Virus record (IMG/VR): IMGVR_UViG_3300014204_000122
Span: 72,570 to 136,569 of that record
From: a virus
Lineage: Duplodnaviria > Caudoviricetes
Direction: 5' to 3' (one strand)
Length of the DNA stretch: 64,000 nucleotides
Shown: in pieces, positions 56,775 to 64,000 of the stretch
How the letters are laid out: each line of letters begins with the position of its first letter
How positions within the stretch are numbered: the first letter of the stretch is position 1
Translations under genes and position numbers: made by a program
Notes under the pieces: generated by a model
Told to the model about the DNA's origin: nothing
What the model saw: the letters and a program-made list of their open reading frames with translations, nothing else
Databases searched by the model: none

Positions 56775-59700
56775 ATGGCAAAAAAAATAACAAGTATTTC
56801 AAGTGGAATTTACTTCCGTGAAACAGATTTAACCTTTATTCAAAACACTGCTGGTACTTTTGCAGGTGCTTCTTTAGGACTGATGGAAAAAGGTCCTGCT
56901 TTTGAAACTATGACTTCTACAAGTATGTCAGAACGTACAGTTAGAATGGGTGGAATAAATCCTTTGTTTCGTTCTTCTTATTTTGCAAGTGAATTTTTAA
57001 ATCAAGCAAGTAATTATAAAGAAGTTCGCATGTTAGGATTGGAAGGGTATAACGAAAACCCGGATTACATAGGTGAAAATAATGAAACTAATATAGGCGG
57101 AAATGGTAAAATGTTTACCATAGCTTATAAAACAACAGGCTCAGAACCAGATCCAGCTAGTACACCAACAAAAATTACTTCAATAATAGTTGCAACAGGT
57201 GTTATTCAAATAGTTGTTGCTGGTGATTTAACAACAACATTTCCAGAAGATAAAACAATTATTATATCTGATATAACATCAGTAGCAGGGGTTAATGGAA
57301 AACACAAAATTCTTTCTAGCGCTTATAATGGAACAACTCATACAACAATAGAACTTACTACAGATGGTAGTGCTATAACAGATGGTACTTATTTAGGCGG
57401 AATTATTTTAGGCGAAGATCCTTTTGTAGCTACAACAGAAACAATAGCATGTATATTAAAACCTCGTAGAACAGGTTATGTTCCTGCAACTGTTAGTTAT
57501 GTAATAGTTTCAACTACACCTGGAAATTCAACAGCCACAGATGATGAATTTACTGTTACAATATATTTTGAAGGTGATCAAACTCTTTATGCTCCAGTAA
57601 GTGTAATTTGTTCATTACGTCCAGGATCAAGTCAATATATTACAACAGTATTTGGAACAAGTCCAAGAGACAATACTTTAATAGGAAGTAATCCTTCTCC
57701 ACTTTGGGTTGAAACTGTATTTCCATCAGTAACAGCTAAATTAACAGCTAAAGGAGAAGAAAAATATTATTACCCAGGTACAGAAACAGAAGGAGTAAGT
57801 GGTAAATTAGCTTTAGTAGAAGGTAATATTACTGTAGATATGAATTTTGAATATCCTTCAGCAGGAATTAAAACAATAGTTTATACAACGCCAGCAACAA
57901 CAATTACAATTACAAGTGATTATGCTCTTGGTTTAATATCAGGAAGTTTAATATCTATAGATGGTTTAACAACAGGAGAGCCTGCTTTAAATGGTAGTTG
58001 GAAAGTTGCAACAGCCTCAGAAGTTGATCCTTTATTTACATATACTATAACAGCAATAGATGGTACAGTTCCTACGCTCACAGGATCATATACTTATAGA
58101 GCGGGTGTATATTTAAGCAAAACTTGGACACCAACATGGGAATCTCAAATTATTAATTTAGGAGGAAAAGATTCTTTAGCTTTAGAATATCAAACACCTA
58201 CAACTCCTTGGTTTGTAGATAAATTTGATAGAAATGGTAACGCTAAACGTTTATTTAGAGCTTGGTCAATTTCAGATGGTCTTTCAGCAAATACTGAAAT
58301 TAAATTAGAAATTGCTAATATAGATCCTTCAGGAAACGGAAGTTTTGGTTCTTTTGATTTATATGTAAGAGATTTTGCAGATACAGAAGATAAATCAAGA
58401 ACAGTATACGAAAGTTTCACTAATTTAACTATGAATCCTAAATCTACTAATTATATTTTAAGAAGAATAGGAGATGGAGAAAATTTCCCATTACAATCTA
58501 AATTTATATTTATAGAATTAAACGAAAACGAAACATTGCCTAAAACAGCTTTACCTTACGGTATAGAAGGATATACAAATGTTACAGGTTTTAATTTACC
58601 AGATGTAACATGGACATCTCAATATGATTTAACTAAATCTATTACTAAACAAACTTTTGGTTTAGCAAATAATAGTTCTAACATGTTTAAAAAAGCAGAT
58701 GGTTCTTATTTAATATATAAAAATGTTACAGGTGCTATTACAAGAGGACCAGGTTTTCATTTAAATCCAGCTTATGTAGATCCAACACCTGGAAGTGATG
58801 CGCAACAAATCCTTAATGGTTTTGTCATTGCTTCTGCAAATTCATATAATACGTCCGATACAAATTCAACTAAATTAGTAGGTCTTAACCTAGTAAGAAG
58901 AATGAAATATGTAGTAGATTTTGAAGGAGGTTTTGATGGTTGGAATGTATATAGTGAAAGAACTTGGGATGATACAACATCTAAAGATTATGAAGCTTTA
59001 TCTAGAGCAATTGATGTTTTAGCAGACGCTGAAGATATTACTACTGACTTTTCGGTTTTAGTAACTCCTGATATTAACTTCCAATCTTATCCAGCTGCAA
59101 CTTCTGCTATTCTTGAAATGGTTGAAACCAGAGGAGATGCTTTATATTTATTTGATTTTAATTATAGATATACAGAAAATCAAAAACCAGAAATTATTCC
59201 TGCAGATGCAGCTCAAGCTTTATTAGATAATACAAATATGTTATCTTCATATGCTGCAACATATTATCCAGATGTACAATTAAGTGACGATACAAATAAC
59301 CTTAATATTTGGTGTCCTCCTTCAATTGTTGCATTTGCAACAATTGCAAGAACAGCAATGGTAGAAAACGTATGGCAACCACCAGCAGGTTCTTTAAGAA
59401 CAGTAACTGATTCTATTGTTAGAATGCGTAAACGTATGAAACATGATGATAGAGAAATATTGAAAAAAGTTAATATTAATCCTATTACTTTATTTCCAGG
59501 ATCAGGTTTTGAAATTACTGAATCCAGAACAACACAAGAAGCATTTTCAGCATTATCTTTTATTCATAATAGATTATTATTAGGATACGCTAAAAAAGCG
59601 TTAAATCAAGTTTTACGTCCTTTATTACATCAATTAAAATCTGATAATTTAAAATCTGAATTTAAAAATACAGTAACACCTATATTCGAAAGAATTAAAA

Positions 59701-59858
59701 AATTAAATGGGTTAGAAGAGTTTTCTGTATCAGTTGATGGAAGTGACGAGGATCGTACTACATTGAACGGGGTTATTACGATTGTTCCTTTATATCCAGT
59801 AGAGCGTATAATTGTCGATTTTGTTTTAAAAGACGGAAGTTTAGAATATAACCAATAG
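56775..59858 (+). CDS. Tail sheath protein (T4 gp18-like)
   Basis: SGIYFRETDLT, GPAF, SSYAATYYP, IWCPPS, WQPPAG, NINPI, IHNRLL. Confidence 0.93.
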   Translation: MAKKITSISSGIYFRETDLTFIQNTAGTFAGASLGLMEKGPAFETMTSTSMSERTVRMGGINPLFRSSYFASEFLNQASNYKEVRMLGLEGYNENPDYIGENNETNIGGNGKMFTIAYKTTGSEPDPASTPTKITSIIVATGVIQIVVAGDLTTTFPEDKTIIISDITSVAGVNGKHKILSSAYNGTTHTTIELTTDGSAITDGTYLGGIILGEDPFVATTETIACILKPRRTGYVPATVSYVIVSTTPGNSTATDDEFTVTIYFEGDQTLYAPVSVICSLRPGSSQYITTVFGTSPRDNTLIGSNPSPLWVETVFPSVTAKLTAKGEEKYYYPGTETEGVSGKLALVEGNITVDMNFEYPSAGIKTIVYTTPATTITITSDYALGLISGSLISIDGLTTGEPALNGSWKVATASEVDPLFTYTITAIDGTVPTLTGSYTYRAGVYLSKTWTPTWESQIINLGGKDSLALEYQTPTTPWFVDKFDRNGNAKRLFRAWSISDGLSANTEIKLEIANIDPSGNGSFGSFDLYVRDFADTEDKSRTVYESFTNLTMNPKSTNYILRRIGDGENFPLQSKFIFIELNENETLPKTALPYGIEGYTNVTGFNLPDVTWTSQYDLTKSITKQTFGLANNSSNMFKKADGSYLIYKNVTGAITRGPGFHLNPAYVDPTPGSDAQQILNGFVIASANSYNTSDTNSTKLVGLNLVRRMKYVVDFEGGFDGWNVYSERTWDDTTSKDYEALSRAIDVLADAEDITTDFSVLVTPDINFQSYPAATSAILEMVETRGDALYLFDFNYRYTENQKPEIIPADAAQALLDNTNMLSSYAATYYPDVQLSDDTNNLNIWCPPSIVAFATIARTAMVENVWQPPAGSLRTVTDSIVRMRKRMKHDDREILKKVNINPITLFPGSGFEITESRTTQEAFSALSFIHNRLLLGYAKKALNQVLRPLLHQLKSDNLKSEFKNTVTPIFERIKKLNGLEEFSVSVDGSDEDRTTLNGVITIVPLYPVERIIVDFVLKDGSLEYNQ

Positions 59859-59875
59859 AATTATTAATAAGCTAT

Positions 59876-59910
59876 AAAAAAGTGTTTTAAGAAATTAAAA
59901 CACTTTTTTT
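59876..59910 (+). terminator. Intrinsic terminator after sheath
   Basis: AAAAGTGTTTTAA/TTAAAACAC + T-run. Confidence 0.75.
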
Positions 59911-59959
59911 GTTTTAAAAACGTAGCAACAAAAAAATTAAGATATTTAAAGAAAGTAGT

Positions 59960-60493
59960 ATGATAAAAAATATAAAAGAAATATTCTTAGAAAAAGCTAA
60001 TTTAAAACACAATAATAAATATAGTTATGGAGATTTTGATAATTTAAAAACAAGAGAATCTAAAATAGATATTTATTGTCCTATTCACAAAGAATGGTTT
60101 AAACAAAAAGTGAAACTACATTTAAAGGGTTGTGGTTGTCCTAAGTGTGGAATAGATCGAATAAAAAAAAAGCTTTCTTTATCAGATCAAGTATTCTTAG
60201 AAAAAGCTAATTTAAAACACAATAATAAATATAGTTATAGAAATTTAGATGGTTTAAACAATAATAAAGTTAAAATAGATATTTATTGTCCTATTCACAA
60301 AGAATGGTTTAAACAAAAAGTAAGTGATCACTTAAGAGGTTGTGGTGAAAAACAATTTAAACTTACCCAACAAAACGACCTTATCAAAACTAACTATTGT
60401 AAAGAAAATAATATTTTATTAATTAGAATAAGTTATTTAGATATTAAAAAAATTGATAATATTTTAAATAAAGTCTTTAACCTAATAAATTAA
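59960..60493 (+). pseudogene. Internally deleted homing-endonuclease-like gene
   Basis: Two FLEKANLKHNNKYSY...CPIH...HLxGCG repeats joined directly to the DLIKTNYCKENNILLIRISY C-terminus; catalytic D...ExDG region missing. Confidence 0.6.
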
Positions 60494-60564
60494 TTAAAAA
60501 AACTAGAAAAACAATAAAAAAACTAATATTTAAAAATAAACTACTTTAATTAAAAATATATAAG

Positions 60565-60804
60565 ATGAATACAGAAAAAAAACTCTTAAAAGAGGCAGAT
60601 AGTAGAGTGTTAGATGCTGTTAAAGTATTAGCTAATGCAAAATCTAATTTAGATGAAGCACAAACTATTTTAATCATGAATTTAAGTTATCATTTTCAAC
60701 AAATATATGGTGAAGATTTAACTCAAATTAATGGAGAAATAACACAAGCAATTAATAGTCTTAATGAATTGGCTAAGAAAATCAGAACTCAATTAAAACA
60801 ATAA
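60565..60804 (+). CDS. Small helical protein with short KKLLKE N-terminus
   Basis: TAATG-coupled to tagged genes. Confidence 0.75.
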   Translation: MNTEKKLLKEADSRVLDAVKVLANAKSNLDEAQTILIMNLSYHFQQIYGEDLTQINGEITQAINSLNELAKKIRTQLKQ

Positions 60805-61085
60805 TGAAATCAGAAAAAGAAAAACAATTAGAAATACAATTGCTTACCGAAAAAATTCAAAGAATTTCGGGAAAAAGGGTAATTTTTGAAGAAGGTTTTA
60901 TATCTCCTAAAGAAATTAATATTTCTAAAACAGAAAAACTTCTAAAAGAATTAACTGTAATAACTTATGATTTATTTGATACGGTAGGAGATAAACCTTT
61001 TGTTGGTTATTTATTTAAAGCTTTAGAAGAAGGGCAAAAAGTAGTTGAGGATTTAAAAGAAATTCAAAAAAGTATAGGACAATAA
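60804..61085 (+). CDS. Tagged hypothetical protein
   Basis: N-terminal tag. Confidence 0.85.
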   Translation: MKSEKEKQLEIQLLTEKIQRISGKRVIFEEGFISPKEINISKTEKLLKELTVITYDLFDTVGDKPFVGYLFKALEEGQKVVEDLKEIQKSIGQ

Positions 61086-61702
61086 TGAAATCAGAAAAAG
61101 AAAAACAATTAGAAATACAATTGCTTACAGAGAAAATTCAAAGAATCTCTGGAAAGAAAGTAGTTTTGAAAGAAGGTACTTGGGCTATTCCTGCATCAGA
61201 AGAAGATTTTGAAAAAGCAGAAGAATTATTAAGAGAATTAATATCTTTAAGAAAAAGATTTTATAGTGTATTAGGTGATGATATTTTATTTGATGGTTTT
61301 GGTGCTGCTGAAAGTAGAGCTAAAGAATTAATAGAAATAGCAAAAGGAAATGTTAACAAAACATCAGAAAAAAGTAATACTTACCAAGAAATAAAACAAC
61401 AAGTAAAAGAAATGAAAAGTTGCATTTCTGATTTAAATGATTTTTACAATAGAAAGATAACAGGGGATATTCTTTATAAAAGAATAGTAGAAAAAACGCC
61501 AAGTTTACAAATAGAAAATAAAGAAGCTTATTTAGATTTTCTTGAACAAATAAATAAACCAAAAAGATTTGGAGAATGGACTTTACCTAAAGAATCAAGT
61601 GGCTCTTTTTATACAGCTTTTTTAGATAGTGATTTTTTTTATGAAAACGAAGATTTAACTGAAAAAGAAGTTGAAGAATTAATAGAATATTTAAAAAATT
61701 AA
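61085..61702 (+). CDS. Tagged hypothetical protein
   Basis: N-terminal tag followed by GTWAIP...GDDILFD domain. Confidence 0.85.
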   Translation: MKSEKEKQLEIQLLTEKIQRISGKKVVLKEGTWAIPASEEDFEKAEELLRELISLRKRFYSVLGDDILFDGFGAAESRAKELIEIAKGNVNKTSEKSNTYQEIKQQVKEMKSCISDLNDFYNRKITGDILYKRIVEKTPSLQIENKEAYLDFLEQINKPKRFGEWTLPKESSGSFYTAFLDSDFFYENEDLTEKEVEELIEYLKN

Positions 61703-61733
61703 AATTAACGAGAAATATAAATATATTGAAATA

Positions 61734-62267
61734 ATGAAAAAAAATAAAATTAAAAAAATGGAATCAGATTTGCTTATGGCAGGTCAAATGTTTTCAAATA
61801 TACCAAATGAATTTGAACCATTAAGAAAGGATTTATGGTCTCTTGAATTTCCTGGTTATATGGGAATTGATGAAAGATTTGCCGTTGAAGCTGAAAGACC
61901 TAAAGTAACAAATAATGTTGTTGATGTTAAGTTTAAAAACTGGAACTTTAGATATAAAGGTAAATCTCAAACAGAATCTATGTCTGTTAAATTTAGAGAT
62001 GCTATCGGATCTTCAGTTTATGCTAAGTTAGAAGCTTGGCAAAGAGAACATACGGATCCAGCAACAGGTAAGGGTGGTTATGCAGCTACTTATAAAAAAG
62101 AGCTTACTCTTAACCTAGAAGATCCAACAGGAGCTGTTATGCAAAAATTTGTTCTTCATGGTTGCTTCATGTCAGAACTATCAGGAGGATCATTATCTCA
62201 GACTGATGATGAAATTTGTGATGTATCCTTCACTTTAGTGTACGACCTATATACTATGGAATATTAA
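61734..62267 (+). CDS. Tail tube protein (T4 gp19-like)
   Basis: FEPLRK, RPKV, TGKGGYAATYKKEL...LEDPTG...LHGCF, LVYD; start may be 61758. Confidence 0.9.
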   Translation: MKKNKIKKMESDLLMAGQMFSNIPNEFEPLRKDLWSLEFPGYMGIDERFAVEAERPKVTNNVVDVKFKNWNFRYKGKSQTESMSVKFRDAIGSSVYAKLEAWQREHTDPATGKGGYAATYKKELTLNLEDPTGAVMQKFVLHGCFMSELSGGSLSQTDDEICDVSFTLVYDLYTMEY

Positions 62268-62303
62268 TAATCAAGTAGTTATAAAACTAATTAATTAAAA
62301 ATT

Positions 62304-62336
62304 AAGTGCCTTTTTTAATAAGAAAAAGGCACTTTT
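62304..62336 (+). terminator. Intrinsic terminator after tube
   Basis: AAGTGCCTTTTT/AAAAAGGCACTTTT. Confidence 0.7.
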
Positions 62337-62360
62337 GTTTTAAATTAAAAATTTAATAGT

Positions 62361-63404
62361 ATGTATTCTCTTTTGCAGTTTTCAAAATTAACCAATATTC
62401 CCACACCTGTGTTAAAAAACTTAGAAAAGGAAAAGAAATTAATCCCCATAATTTCTAAACCAAACAAAAGAAGAAAATATTCTGAAGAACAATTATCTTT
62501 TGTAAAAAATAATAATATTTTAGATTATATCTGTCCTTTATGTAACAAAACATATGATTCTCAAAGAGCATTAGATACACATTATGGAAGAAGTCACAAA
62601 GAATATTACGAAAAGATAAAGAAAGATAAAATTATAGAAAAACAAAAAGATTTTAGTTTTAGTTGTCCATATTGTTATCAAAAATTTAAAGATAGAGTTT
62701 CTTTGTTTAAACATACGAATTTTACTCATAAAATAAAATCTATTCAAACAATTTTGTTAATAGATTATAATAATATTGTTCCTTTGTGTAAATGTGGTTG
62801 TGGAAAGGAAACTAGTTATGATTCTACTTTGTTAAAGTTTAGTGAATATTTAAAAGGACATATTGCAAGAGTAAATAATAATTATAATACTGATAAATCT
62901 AAAAAAAATTCTAAAAAAACTAGACAAATAAATACTACCTTGGGAAAGTATAAAGGTATTCCAAAATCTGAAGAACATAAAAGAAAAATCAGGGAAACAC
63001 ATCAGCGTTTAAAATTATCACCAGAAGAGTTAAAAAGAAGAACATTGTATTTAAAATCTCAGCAGATGACAAATTCAGGCTTAGAAGTTAAATTTGCAAA
63101 AATTTTAGATGAATTAAATATTTTATATGAAAGACAATTTTTTATAACTAAAAAAATGTATGATTTTAAAATAGAAAATACAAATATTCTTATAGAAGTA
63201 GATGGTGATTATTGGCATTGTAATCCTGTTAAATATCCAAATGGACCAAAATATAGAATGCAAAAAGAAAATATAATCAGAGACCAACTTAAAAACCAAC
63301 TAGCAAAAGATAATGGATATAATTTGTTACGTTTTTGGGAAACTGATGTTTTACATAATCAAAAAAATATAATAGAAACCTTAAGAAAAGAAATTCTTAT
63401 TTAA
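62361..63404 (+). CDS. Putative homing endonuclease (HTH, C2H2 fingers, NUMOD3-like, DUF559/Vsr-like nuclease)
   Basis: CPLC..H...H, CKCGCG, SEEHKRKI, YDF...IEVDGDYWH...LLRFWE. Confidence 0.8.
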   Translation: MYSLLQFSKLTNIPTPVLKNLEKEKKLIPIISKPNKRRKYSEEQLSFVKNNNILDYICPLCNKTYDSQRALDTHYGRSHKEYYEKIKKDKIIEKQKDFSFSCPYCYQKFKDRVSLFKHTNFTHKIKSIQTILLIDYNNIVPLCKCGCGKETSYDSTLLKFSEYLKGHIARVNNNYNTDKSKKNSKKTRQINTTLGKYKGIPKSEEHKRKIRETHQRLKLSPEELKRRTLYLKSQQMTNSGLEVKFAKILDELNILYERQFFITKKMYDFKIENTNILIEVDGDYWHCNPVKYPNGPKYRMQKENIIRDQLKNQLAKDNGYNLLRFWETDVLHNQKNIIETLRKEILI

Positions 63405-63526
63405 ATGCGATTTAATAACGATAAATTTATTTTAATAGATTTGATCAGATATAATACAAAACCTCTTTAAATCAAAGAAAATCAAGTTAAAAGTTAGTGT
63501 TTTCATTGTTTTATACTAATTTAAAA

Positions 63527-64000
63527 TTAAACAACGATATCTTCTCTTGCTTTACAATATTTTCTTACTTCTCCTTTTGTAAATTTTTTAAGATTATTAG
63601 AACAGCAAAACGATCCGCTTACTTCTTTAGGGCAGTGTTCTAGAGATGTTAATTGATTATAAGATACAGTAAAATAATTACCTACATAATTTGGACAGCC
63701 TTTTAATGATGTTAATTGGTTATTATTACAAAGAAAATTACCTTTTACATAATCAAACTGAACAGGTATCTCGTTCAGATTACAATTAGATAAACTAACA
63801 CTACCATGGACATTAATAATAAAATCTTTATAAAACTTTTCAAACATTAATAAATCTTTCAACCCTTCTATGTCTTTTAAATAAATTAGTTTATTGTTTT
63901 CAATGAAAATATTTTTATCAAAATCTTTTTTGAGTTTAACAAGTCTCTCATCAATTTTGATAGGTTTAAAGTACTTAGATTGATATTCACCATCTTCTAA
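63527..64000 (-). CDS. LRR-like repeat protein (partial; extends past window end)
   Basis: LTSLKGCPNYVGNYF repeats; frame stays open upstream of the track start: LEDGEYQSKYFKPIKIDERL... Confidence 0.8.
   Translation of the reverse strand, partial: LEDGEYQSKYFKPIKIDERLVKLKKDFDKNIFIENNKLIYLKDIEGLKDLLMFEKFYKDFIINVHGSVSLSNCNLNEIPVQFDYVKGNFLCNNNQLTSLKGCPNYVGNYFTVSYNQLTSLEHCPKEVSGSFCCSNNLKKFTKGEVRKYCKAREDIVV

Noticed and set aside
11191-61562. Short nested or antisense ORFs (11191, 14122, 33401, 33992, 35332, 37461, 38252, 41792, 43551, 47197, 47814, 48758, 54472, 58190, 61353)
   Set aside because: Lie within or across longer, well-supported genes; shadow-frame composition

Overview
A very AT-rich segment of a large T4-like (myovirus/jumbo) phage genome in the standard genetic code. 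The lack of Shine-Dalgarno sites, the A-rich start contexts and TAnnTTT(G/A)-type promoter boxes suggest a Bacteroidota host (inference). It holds the virion module (terminase large subunit split by an atypical split intein, baseplate/tail proteins, GH19 lysin fusion, portal, prohead protease, scaffold, major capsid, sheath, tube), a primase, several homing-endonuclease-like genes and three tRNA operons (36 recognisable tRNAs plus 2 non-canonical tRNA-like elements). Main discovery: each tRNA operon is preceded by a short unannotated leader ORF, an antiterminator and an intrinsic terminator. The control codons of each leader match the tRNAs of the operon below it, down to the isoacceptor (Ile-AUA/Gln/Pro/Arg-CGN; Ser/Leu/His; the remaining 15-amino-acid set including Ile-AUU and Arg-AGA). 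This looks like a three-channel, ribosome-stalling attenuation system that switches on replacement tRNAs only when the matching host tRNAs fail. Second system: a ~30-aa tag (MKSEKEKQLEIQLLTEKIQRISGKKVVLKE) is fused to at least 12 unrelated proteins, probably a capsid-loading signal removed by the prohead protease. Cargo carrying the full or a degenerate tag includes ferritin-like and Acb1-like domains. All protein calls come from motif recognition by eye; no database search was run.
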